From NCBI GenBank assembly GCA_944377305.1, contig CALWEL010000003.1:26902-90901 (forward strand): a DNA stretch of 64,000 nucleotides. The letters are read 5' to 3'. This document shows, in pieces, positions 10,160 to 22,900 of the stretch (within the stretch, counting starts at the first letter, position 1; each line of letters opens with the position of its first letter). The notes beneath the pieces are model-generated. The model had not been told where the DNA came from, ran no database searches, and saw only the letters and a program-made list of their open reading frames with translations. Source of the stretch: an uncultured Clostridia bacterium. Its GTDB lineage: Bacteria; Bacillota; Clostridia; Christensenellales; UBA1242. The position numbers and the translations under genes were made by a program.

Positions 10160-10253
10160 ACTTATTTTATTATAAAGAAAGAAATTTTATGAAAACTGTC
10201 AGTTATGTGAAAAAATATTGACATAGATACGTATAATTGAACAAGGAGGTAAA

Positions 10254-12148
<1,895 letters not shown>

Positions 12149-12377
12149 TTAAATATTAGAAAATAATAAACAAAATATTATTTTATTTTGAGAATAATAA
12201 ATAATGTAAATATATAAATAATTGCTAATTTTTAAATATGCGTGAAATTAAAATATCTAGCAAATTGAAAAAATTTTAAAAAATTATAAAAAAATTTCAA
12301 AAAATCAACAAAATAATTGTATTTTTATCACTTTTTAAAAAAAAATCAATAAAAATAAAATATAATAAAAAATTAAA

Positions 12378-12435
12378 AAAGAGCATATTTCGAAGTAACC
12401 ATTTTAAGATTTACTTCAAAATTTAATGCTCTTTT
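12378..12435. terminator. bidirectional terminator between convergent groEL and valS
   Basis: aaagagcat...atgctcttt outer stem enclosing gaagtaa/ttacttc. A-run upstream and T-run downstream. Confidence 0.55.
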
Positions 12436-14849
12436 TATTTATTATCAGAAATAATTTCGCCAATTTTTATATCAAAATTACCTTGATTTAATTTAATGTT
12501 TTGAGTTGATGTGACAGCCTTAATATCGTCTATACAAGAAGAAATAAATTCAACATCTTCGTTAGTAATTTCGATTGATTTTATTTCTGTTTTTAAACTT
12601 AATTTGTTTTCACTTTTAAATTGGCGGACAGAAGAAATTATATTGACAACAGCGTCACCTTTTTCAATAATTTTTTCATCAAAATCGACATCAATTTTTC
12701 CTATATTAAATTTGTGAATTGAGATTTCATTTTGTGTGTTTTTAAATGTGTTTTGATAGATTTCTTCTGTGATATGAGGAAGATAGATTGCGAATAATTG
12801 TAGCATTTTTAAAAACACAGTATAGCACGTATATTGAGCGCTTAATTTTCCGTTTTCGCCGTAAATTTCTGGTTTATATAATCTATTTTTAGAAATTTCA
12901 ATGTAGTTGTCGCAGAAGTTCCAAAAAAAGCTTTCCAATTCATTCATTGCAAGACCAATTTCGTATTTTTCAAAATATTTTTTGAAACTATTAAACATCT
13001 TATTATATTTCAAAATGATCCATTTGTCCATTGGGAATAGGTTTGTTTTTTTAGGGATATAATTGTCTAAGAACTGCCAGATAAATTTACCAGCATTATA
13101 CAATTTATTTACCAATTTTGCGCCATTTTTCAATACATCTTCGCTGATTAAAATGTCTCTGCCTAAACTGCCAGTTGCCGTCCAATATCGTACTACATCA
13201 GCGGAATATTGTTTTATAAATTCAAAGGTGCTTTGTTTAGCGTTTGATTTACTTTTGCTGATTTTTTCACCTTTGTCTGCCATTACAAAACCAGAAATCA
13301 TAATATTATTCCAAGGGCGTGAATCATTGTGATAAAAACCTTTGACGATAGTATAAAAATCCCAAGTCCTAATAATATCGTGTGCGTTTGGTCTTAATGA
13401 CATCGGGAATAATTTATTAAACATTTTATCGTCCACATTCCATTTGCAATTAATTTGAGGAGTGATTGAACTAGTTGCCCAAGTGTCTAATATATCTATT
13501 TCAGGTTCGTAATGAATGCTACCACATTTAGGGCAGGCGTGCTTTGGCTTATCTATTAAAGGATTTACAGGTAATTCTTTTGCGTCGGCTATGATAGGAG
13601 TGCCACAATCTTTACAATACCAAACGGGGATGGGTACACCAAAATATTTTTGTCTGCTGATACACCAGTCCATTATAAGATTATCTACCCAATCGGTATA
13701 ACGCGATTTCATAAAACTAGGATACCAATTAATCTCATCACCAATTTTTTTCCAGACGTCTTTATTTTCCAAAGTTTTGATGAACCATTGACGTTTCAAA
13801 TTGATTTCCATTTCTGTACCGCAACGTTCGTGGACAGAAACTTGGTGAGTGATGTTCTCTTGTTTGATCATATATCCATTTGCTTTGAGGTCTTCAATTA
13901 TCTGTGCACGAGCCTCTCGAACTTTCATTCCAGAATATTTCCCAGCAATTTCAGTCATCTTTCCGCTATCATCAATGGCTTTTTTGTATTCAAGTTTATA
14001 TTTTTTAAACCATTGAGCATCTGTTTGATCTCCAAAAGTACAGCACATTACCACTCCTGAACCCTTTTCCATATCTACTTTATCGTCAGTAAGAACAGGA
14101 ACAGTAAAATTGTATAAAGGAATACGGATTTTTTTATTCAGTAAATATTTATTTTTCTCATCTTTAGGATTTATGAAAATACAATCGCACGCACATAAAA
14201 GTTCAGGTCTTGTAGTGGCTATTTCTACATAGTCATTGGTTCCCTCAATAAAAAATTTTAAATAGTTGAAAATTGAATCACGTTCCACACTTTCTAATTC
14301 ACTTTGAGCAATTGAAGTCCTGCATTTTGTACACCAAAGCGCAGGGGCAGAAGCACAATAAGATTTGCCTTTGTTATATAGATCAATAAAGCTCATTTGA
14401 CTCGTGCGTTGCGATTCTTTGCTGACAGTATGGTACATCAGATCCCAATCTGCACTATTGCCGACCGTAATAAATAGGTTTTTAAATTCTTCTTCAAGCG
14501 ATTGCACCGTTTCATAACAAAGTTGACGAAACTTTTCTCTACCAATTTCGTGCGCTTTAACTTTGTGTTTCTTTTCAACATACAATTCCGTAGGAAGTCC
14601 ATTATCATCAAAACCAAATGGGTAGAAAACATTATATCCAGTCATTCGTTTGAACCGTGCTATAAATTCCGCCTGACTGTAACTAAAAATGTGACCTATA
14701 TGAATATGCCCATTAACTGTTGGTGGAGGTGTGTCAATTGAATAAATTGGTTTATTTGAATTTTTATCGAATTTGTAAATATTGTTGTCTTGCCAGAATT
14801 TTTGCCATTTTGGTTCACTAACACTTGCATTATATTTGTTATCTAACAT
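12435..14849 (-). CDS. valS: valine--tRNA ligase, short type-2-like form
   Basis: PPPTVNGHIHIGH (HIGH), FGFDDNGLPTE, ATTRPELL, GSGVVMCCTFGD, KISKSKS (KMSKS). Start moved to ATG 14849 (MLDNKYN), preceded by AAAGGAG. The track start at 14912 lies inside the T-box terminator. Confidence 0.85.
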   Translation of the reverse strand: MLDNKYNASVSEPKWQKFWQDNNIYKFDKNSNKPIYSIDTPPPTVNGHIHIGHIFSYSQAEFIARFKRMTGYNVFYPFGFDDNGLPTELYVEKKHKVKAHEIGREKFRQLCYETVQSLEEEFKNLFITVGNSADWDLMYHTVSKESQRTSQMSFIDLYNKGKSYCASAPALWCTKCRTSIAQSELESVERDSIFNYLKFFIEGTNDYVEIATTRPELLCACDCIFINPKDEKNKYLLNKKIRIPLYNFTVPVLTDDKVDMEKGSGVVMCCTFGDQTDAQWFKKYKLEYKKAIDDSGKMTEIAGKYSGMKVREARAQIIEDLKANGYMIKQENITHQVSVHERCGTEMEINLKRQWFIKTLENKDVWKKIGDEINWYPSFMKSRYTDWVDNLIMDWCISRQKYFGVPIPVWYCKDCGTPIIADAKELPVNPLIDKPKHACPKCGSIHYEPEIDILDTWATSSITPQINCKWNVDDKMFNKLFPMSLRPNAHDIIRTWDFYTIVKGFYHNDSRPWNNIMISGFVMADKGEKISKSKSNAKQSTFEFIKQYSADVVRYWTATGSLGRDILISEDVLKNGAKLVNKLYNAGKFIWQFLDNYIPKKTNLFPMDKWIILKYNKMFNSFKKYFEKYEIGLAMNELESFFWNFCDNYIEISKNRLYKPEIYGENGKLSAQYTCYTVFLKMLQLFAIYLPHITEEIYQNTFKNTQNEISIHKFNIGKIDVDFDEKIIEKGDAVVNIISSVRQFKSENKLSLKTEIKSIEITNEDVEFISSCIDDIKAVTSTQNIKLNQGNFDIKIGEIISDNK

Positions 14850-14863
14850 AAAAGCTCCTTTAA

Positions 14864-15234
14864 AATAAAAAAATCTTGCAAAATGCAAGGACGAATTATA
14901 TCGTGGTACCACCTTACTTCAAGCACAAATTCATTTGATCTAACTTCTATAAGATTGTGCTAATAGATCTATTTTATTGAAATATATGCTTATTAGCATT
15001 GGAATATCACAATAGATTTATTAATAAACAAAAAGATTATAGAAGAGATAATGATTTTTGGGCTCCTTATTTCGAACTGACGTATCTTCTCAACTACGCA
15101 GACGGTCTACTATTCTTCTTCGTCTGAACTCGTTTGCTACCTTCGCTAACAACTTTCCTAAATTGCTCTCAGCAAATGCAATTCTCTCTAAAAGGTGTTG
15201 GTTGGCTACTCCTCAAACTTTTATAGCGTTTCTC
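14864..15234 (-). promoter_or_regulatory. T-box leader riboswitch controlling valS
   Basis: Read on the minus strand: AGUA, an AGAGAGA bulge, and a GCUGAGA distal loop on an aattgc/gcaatt stem. Specifier loop is GAAGGUAG. T-box sequence is AAGGUGGUACCACG (14902-14913). Terminator is ucuugca-aaa-ugcaagga plus U7 (14864-14891). Confidence 0.8.
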
Positions 15235-15240
15235 AGTTGT

Positions 15241-15269
15241 ATGCTATCATATTTTAATCTCATTGTCAA
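15241..15269 (-). promoter_or_regulatory. promoter of the valS T-box leader
   Basis: Minus strand TTGACA-17 nt-TAGCAT with an upstream TGn (extended -10). Confidence 0.5.
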
Positions 15270-15298
15270 CTATTTATAATGATTAGACGTTATGCAAA

Positions 15299-15327
15299 TT
15301 TGACATTGTCTATTTATTATGTTAAAA
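15299..15327 (+). promoter_or_regulatory. candidate sigmaA promoter upstream of rsmA
   Basis: TTGACA-17 nt-TAAAAT, back-to-back with the T-box promoter. Leaves a leader of about 210 nt before rsmA. Confidence 0.5.
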
Positions 15328-15542
15328 TATGAATGATGAATAGAATGCTATTGTGTTTGAATTAGTTTTTGTTGTTTTTGTAATTTATTATTTTCAGACG
15401 ATGAGGATATAATGCTTTGGTGTATCAGTTAGAAAAAAACTGGCATTCGCCAGCTTCATCATTAGAACTTCTTTTGTATATTATTAGACTAGCATTATAA
15501 GGAAGAAAAGTCAATAAAAAAAATAAAATATAGGGAGAAAAA

Positions 15543-16394
15543 GTGAAAAATATCGAAAAATTGGAGAAAAAATCAAAAAAAACTCAAAAAATTAATGATC
15601 TAAACTTTAATTTTAAAAAAAATTTAGGGCAAAATTTTATTTTTGATACGAATTTATTGAAGGCTATAGTGTCGGACGGAGAGGTTGGGAAGGATGATCT
15701 AGTTATAGAGATTGGAGCAGGAGCAGGGAGTTTGACAAAAGAGTTGGCACAGGTGTCTAAAAAAGTTATCTCATTTGAAATAGACAAAACATTGATTCCA
15801 ACCTTAAAGAATCTAGCCAAAGAATATAACAACATTGAATTTCATTTTTCTGATTTTATGGACTGCGATATCGACAATCTATTTGTAGGCAAAGCAAAGG
15901 TCGTAGCAAATATTCCATATTATATTACAACACCTATTGTTTTCAAACTTGTAGATCATATTAAAAAATTTGATAGCATTCTTTTGCTTGTTCAAAAAGA
16001 GGTCGCTATCAGATTTGCTAGTGAATGCAGTAGGAAAGATTATGGAATCACGAGCGTAATTTTGCAATCAATTTTTGATATATCAATTCCTCGAATAGTG
16101 AAAAAAGAATGTTTTATTCCAGCGCCAAAAGTGGATAGCGCGCTTTGCAAACTAATTCCGCATAAAAAATATAATATTGAAAATTTTTATGAATTCAAAA
16201 AATTTGTTCATCTAGCTTTCTCTATGCGTAGGAAAACGCTGATAAACAATTTAAAATCTGAATACTCAAAAGAGTCGGTGTCATTAGCCTTAAATAAATT
16301 GGGCTATTTAGATACGATAAGACCGGAGCAAATTAGTGTGGAGAATTTTATAAAAATTTTCGAATTTTTAAATAAAACATATAAAAATGCATAA
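15543..16394 (+). CDS. rsmA: 16S rRNA (adenine1518/1519-N6) dimethyltransferase RsmA/KsgA
   Basis: LGQNFIFDTNLLKAIV, VIEIGAGAGSLTKELA (SAM motif), NIPYYITTPI. GTG start preceded by GGGAG. Confidence 0.9.
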   Translation: MKNIEKLEKKSKKTQKINDLNFNFKKNLGQNFIFDTNLLKAIVSDGEVGKDDLVIEIGAGAGSLTKELAQVSKKVISFEIDKTLIPTLKNLAKEYNNIEFHFSDFMDCDIDNLFVGKAKVVANIPYYITTPIVFKLVDHIKKFDSILLLVQKEVAIRFASECSRKDYGITSVILQSIFDISIPRIVKKECFIPAPKVDSALCKLIPHKKYNIENFYEFKKFVHLAFSMRRKTLINNLKSEYSKESVSLALNKLGYLDTIRPEQISVENFIKIFEFLNKTYKNA

Positions 16395-16419
16395 GAATTG
16401 CTGTTTTAATGCATTTTTT
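16383..16419 (+). terminator. intrinsic terminator after rsmA
   Basis: aaaaatgcat...atgcatttttt stem overlapping the stop codon, followed by a T-run. Confidence 0.55.
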
Positions 16420-16776
16420 ATTTAATTTTATTGATATTTATGATTGAAAAGATTTGTTAAATATTAATAGCTGTTTATATTTTTTTACACTACAAAACGG
16501 ATAAAATATAGAGATGTTGAGTTGATGATGGTTTCTTTGCTTTTGTAAACATTAAATTTTATGCTAAGAAAGATATCTTAATAAAACAAAATTCATAATT
16601 AAAAGACCTATAATATGTAATGAAACGAATCTCGAAAATTAGCTACCGAAGAGGATTTGCTTTAATAATTATCAGATTTTTCATAATGTCTCTAATATTG
16701 AAACTAAATAAATATTAATCAAAATTGACTCCATTGCTAAACAAATAAATTATAATTTATTTTAGTTTTGTTTTAT

Positions 16777-16805
16777 TTGACAGCATTGATTTAAAAATAT
16801 ATAAT
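16777..16805 (+). promoter_or_regulatory. consensus sigmaA promoter of the giant gene
   Basis: Exact TTGACA-17 nt-TATAAT, about 100 nt upstream of ATG 16906. Confidence 0.6.
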
Positions 16806-16905
16806 TATTTTGTAGGAATTTGTAGATAATAAGATTGATGAGGTTGAGTTCTTATGACTAATGCATTAATTATTATCTAAAGAAAAAGTATTTAGGTAGG
16901 GGAAA

Positions 16906-19900
16906 ATGACAAAAAAAATTTTTATTGTAATTGGAATTGTTGTCGCAAGCATCGCAGTCTTTGTTGGTGCAGTTTTTGGCGTGATGGCTTTGATGGGCAA
17001 ATTCAAGACACCAGATGTCTATCCAGATAGATTGCAGTTTGTTGAAAATGAACAGACTATTATTTATCAAGAGGAAAATTCTGAAAAAATTTATTCCTTT
17101 GTTTTAAATGGTTTTTCAGATAATCAGGATTATGAAGTCAACAAAAAAGATTGTTATATTTATTTTGTGGATAATGTTGGTGCTGATTTGATAACTTTAT
17201 GTAATGAAGATGGAGAACCCCTTCTTTCAGAAAACAATTATTATAGCATTGAGTGTAATGAATACGTTTATTATAAAATCAAACCAGTGAGTGAATCTGA
17301 TTTTTCATTAGATAGTTATGGTCAAGTAATCTTGCAAGCGCGTGATTCTCGTAGCCAGATTCAATCAAACAATTTGATAATTTGGATTGATAGAGAGGTT
17401 TCAAACGTTTATTTGGATTACGCAGACTCCATAGCTTACGATGGTGAACAGGAATTGACGATCGGTGTAGATGTGGCTCTTGATTTTGTATTTGATGCAG
17501 ATCCACTTCATTCACTTGATCCTATTAATAGAGAAGAAGGCAAAATAGTGGAATTGTATTATTATGATCCAGACGAATCAGACTATATTCCTATCAATCA
17601 GGATACATATTCGACTTTACCATTTATTAAATATGATAGTGATACACAGATTTATAGTTTTTCGTCTGAAAGTTCGGGAACTTATGAATTTAAAATAGCA
17701 GTTTTTTCTACCTATCAAGAGCGAGCAGATTATTTGAGTAGCGAGTATGTAGAGACCGATTCGTATTTTGAACGTGTGTCAAGAATGGTGAATACTACAT
17801 TGGTTTTAAATGTTGTGAATTCAGATATTTCAAATGTTGGTATGAATTCGACCGGCGTAGGATTGAATCTCTATTCGGATAATAATTATATCACACTTTC
17901 TGGTCAGTCAGGAGTGGAAGGTGCCAACGATAATAATTTAGGCTTATATATGATTAAAGATGGTCAGTCTACAACCATTCGTTTCAATGAAGTAGATTTT
18001 GATTTGAATCAATCAAACAATTGGATGGATGAAGATATTGTGTTTACTTCAGATGACGAAACAAAAACAATAAGATTCAATCAAAATTCAGCATCCATAA
18101 CAGGTTTTGGAGATTATGACAATACATACAATATTAATTTTGATCTAGACAACAATAGGATTAACTTGACTGATAGGTCTACAGGTTTGATCACTTTACG
18201 TTTGATATATGCTCTAGATAATATAAAAACAGATTATAATACGACAATGATTCAGTCTATCAGTTGTCAATATGATAACAATACCATTACCTTCAATTGT
18301 TCCACAGGGGTCGCATTCTTCTATAACGATGGAGAAGGCATACATAGTATAAAAGCACTCAAGAGTGGAAGTTATTTGGAATTCTATGTGTATGATACGC
18401 AATTAGTACAATATACGAAAGCCAATGCATTAGATTACTCTGTTACTTCAATTGGTAGTGGAGAAACCAAATCTTGGAATATTATTGCTAAAAATAATCT
18501 AGTTATTGCAGATACTGAAAGTTTGGTTTTGGGAATACTAGTTGTCAACAACAATGGAGGAGCACATTTTGCATCCACAGGTGTGACAATTAATCCTGTA
18601 GAATTATCATTTGAATTTGTAAACGAAGATCAAACACATAATCTTCAAGTCGAATACGAAAGAGATGAAAATCAAAGTTATCAAGCAATATATCCAGAAT
18701 TAGATTTTGGCGAGATTGTGACCATTACAAATGGTAGTTATGACGCCTGTGTATTCGTAACTCCAAAGGTAGAAGATGGTGAAGTTTATGATGTGGATGT
18801 CATTGAAGGAATGATTTTCATAGACGGAATGGGGAATGAGTATGTGCTAGTAGGATATATAGAAGCAAATCAATTTAGAAATAAGGTAAGAGTAAGACCT
18901 GGAGCAGTCAATTCTAACACGGCTATATATATGATACAGTTGAGGAATCAATACGATCAAACTGCAGATGATTACATTCAATCTTTATTTGAAAATGAAG
19001 CAAATAACATCGTATTAAGGTATTCAATACTAATGGAAGATGCAGAAGGTATCATCAGTACAAAATTTGTCGATCTTACTATGTTCAATGGAGAATTGAA
19101 TGCAACGCTTACAGATGGCAGTGCGAATATTAGTAATGTTGCAGTGGTCAATGGAGATCTTGTTGTTACAATAAACAATCAAGAATATGTATGCACATTC
19201 GTATCAGTTTCTAGAAACGGAACTGAGGTGTGCCTTGCCAATAGGCAAAGCGCAGATGCTGATGCTGTGGCTGAAATAGTCAATAGCTATATCACAGACA
19301 CTAGAAGTGTTACAATCACTGTCAGTTATGTTTTGTTAATGAATGAAATTTCATTTAATTATAATCCTGGGTCGGTGGACGGCAATACCAATCCTGATGG
19401 TGGAGACACTTTTGTAAATATTGTTGATGGAGATGTATTTGTTGTAGAAAATACTACGGCACATACATTGACCATAACATCAAATGTACCAAATATGTTG
19501 AAAAACATATATAATGCAGGTGGTTTTAATCTTGAGAACGTGCATATTAATATGTACAATTCATCGAATGTATTAGTTTCACAAAATTCAAATGCGCTAG
19601 AAATACAAAATCTTGAATTCATAGGTGACAGCTTAGTCTTGACATATAATAGTAATAGTGCCTTGTCAAATACAGACTCATACTTGAGAATAGTATTGGA
19701 ATATAACGGTTCTCAAATTTTATCTGATAGCAAGATATACATAGAGAGTACATTTGCGACAGACATACAATTCAAATATACTGATGAAAATGATTCAAAT
19801 ATTGTCAACACTATAACCTTATCACAAACCCCTGAAGATGCATTGAATTCAAGTTTCTATATTGAGGTTGAAATCTCATATAATGTGAATGCGAATGGAG

Positions 19901-22900
19901 GAGCGGGAGGATACGAATATAGATATTTCATTGTTGATAATTCTAACGCTCCAACAAGAAAAGAAATATATGCTCCAGATTTAAGTCAAAAGCTTTTCAA
20001 TGTTTTGACCAATGGGGAGATTTCTGAAGGCTTCCAAGTTCTGCCGGCTATAACTGGCATAGATAAAAGTATTTCGTACTCTTCAACTTCTCCTAGCATA
20101 GTAGACTTTGATACAGAAAATTTTGGGTTAATTATCAACAAGATCGGTAGAGCTGTAGCACAAGTGAATAGCGATGATGTTACTAGATATTTTACAATCT
20201 CTGTAGTAGCAAAAAAATCAAATGATGAAAGCGACTTTACTCTCACAGATTTATCTGGTGGATTAGGGGAAGATTCTACTGAAGAATTGACTGTAAACTT
20301 GAACGAATTTATTTCATATTCGTACAATGATGATGGTTCAGATATTGCTTTGAAGACGAATTCTCAATTTGTTTCAATAGAAAATGTTGAGGTCGTTCAG
20401 TTCGGCGGAGATAGTGAACTAGAGGTCGTTAGAGATGAAACTACTGGCAATATATATATAATGATAGAAAGTGATGATGGCATAGGTGATGGTACTATCA
20501 ATGATGAACTTATCGTGATGCGTATAGAGAGCGATGAAAATTCTTGGAAATTTACACGTGTTAGTTACCTTTACGCTGGATTAGTCATCAGATTTGATAT
20601 CAATGTAAAAACTAATGAAACGTTGACGTATGAATTGACCTTTACCTCTAGCGTTGAGATAAATATCAATTCGGCGTGGAACAATTTCTATCAAGGTACT
20701 ACCGTGCTGTTATACGAGGAAAGCGAATCGGGAGATTCGTCAAATAATCCAGTATTTAGAATTAAAAATTCAATTTCTGAAGGCGTAAGTATAACAAGCC
20801 AAGTTTATATTAATGGTAGCGAAACTCCTATTTTGATAGAGAATGAGGAATTCACTTTTACAGATGTTGGGACATATCGATTTAGTTTCCTACATAATAA
20901 TTCAGAATTGAGTTCGTATACAATAAACGTGGTTCCTAACGTGATAGCACAAATAAATAATAGTGAATTCAGTGGAGGAGAAACATATAATTATAGTGAT
21001 TTTGTACATTTGAAGAACTTTAAAGCGGGGGTAGTATATGGTACAAGTGCGGTAGGAGTTTATCCACAGACGGATGCATATCTTGAAGATATGAGTTCAT
21101 ATACAAACCTTAGTTTGAATTTAATGCAAGGCACAATTATCAGCTTAGGGGATAATTCAACATTTACTATTGGATGGATAGAAAACATTGGGGAAGAATT
21201 AATAGAGAGCATTAGAATTAGCTATAATTATACTTTAAACAATGCAAATAGAAGTATAGATTTGTTAGAAACACAAATCATATTGAAGAATAAATACAAT
21301 ATCTCAAGAGAGACTGACGGATATCCGGATTATGAAAATCAAACATATAATATAATGTCAAATATTAATTACAATTCATTCATTGAGATAATGGATAATC
21401 CACAATTTACATTAAGTTCAATACAATCAAATGTTTCAAATGTTATATTCAGCATTGAAAGTGGCAATATATTTAAATTAATCACAAATTTATCAGATAT
21501 ACAAAATAATGTTGTTTTGACTTTTAGATTTGAAGATGCAGACGGAAATAGTTTGATTTATACGACTTCAATGGATTCTACTTTTGCTATTAGATTAATA
21601 CCATTAGTTCCAGACGAATTGGATACCAAGGCGTATTCAGGATTGGATTCATCTGACGCTTTTGATTTATTGAACGATTTATATGCTGTGAACGCATTGC
21701 TGGAAGATTTGGAAGATAAAGATATTATAGATTCAATCGTAGTGACTGGAGTTAGTGATTCTAGTATGTTTGCCGATACTGTATTTATAGGTAGCGGATA
21801 TAGAGAAAGTCATAACTATGGAGCTTTTGCAGTAATTCAAGAAATAGATGGAAACAAAATTACAATTACGATTTCATACAAAATAACTTATAGTGACGGA
21901 GTGGAATATGAATTCACTCGTGAATTAGTGATAAATAATAGGCAATATATCACTATTACTGCACCATTTGAAGATGATAGCCTTACTGATACTACCACAT
22001 CTTATGTGTTTGTAGGAGAAGACACAGCTAAAGATGCGGAAAATTTAATGGCCGTTTATCAAAGCGAAAACGTCTATCAGGTGACCATCAAAAATATAGA
22101 TAATATTGATTATTATTTTGAACCGGTGAATATTGGACAGACTATCAATTTTAAATATGATGATATTCAATCTGTAAGACGTGTAAATGTATTTAATTCG
22201 CAGGATAGTAGTGTGGCACCTGACGCGGACTTTACAATAGAATTGATCGCACGCCAGAACAATGCGAATACAAGCAATTATTACAACAATAATCAAATAA
22301 TGATAAACAATGAAAATAAAACTGTTAAATTCAATCAACATTCAAGTTTTGGAAGCAATACTTATGGATATTTTATATTCAAATTGACTTCTGAATCAGG
22401 CGCAGTCGCTTACTATTTCGTATATTTGTACAACCAAATGAATACTAGTTATAATAATGTTGATTATACTAACGTTTATACTATCAATTCAAGTGAAAGT
22501 TTTGATACACAGATAGAAAGACCATTCTTAGATACCGCGTTGGGAACTCTTTTGGGTGTAACTATAAATTCCGAATTCTTCAATACGAATTTTGGTGCTA
22601 GTATCAATTATTCAAATGTGGATTTTTATTTACTTGATGCGGAAATGTTAGATGGAAATTACTATGATATTGTAGGAAGTGAATATAAGAGATATTCAAA
22701 GATTGATGACAAAAATATACCGATTATTTCAAATTATACTTATTTGAAGATAGGAATGTTATTCAATTCTGGTACAGTAAAATTCTATATTGGAACACTT
22801 GATGTATATGTTTTGCCAATGTATGTTGAAACTAATGACGGCAACATTACTCAAATGATATCCGGGGTCGAATCTGGCGAATATATCAAAAATTTGAATA

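Noticed and set aside
10218-10237. TTGACA and TATAAT hexamers upstream of groES as a promoter pair.
   Set aside because: The spacer is only 8 nt, which is incompatible with sigmaA spacing. The real groES promoter remains unassigned.
15058-15279. Plus-strand 73-aa ORF.
   Set aside because: It covers the antisense of the valS T-box leader. It has no RBS, and the region is explained by the riboswitch.
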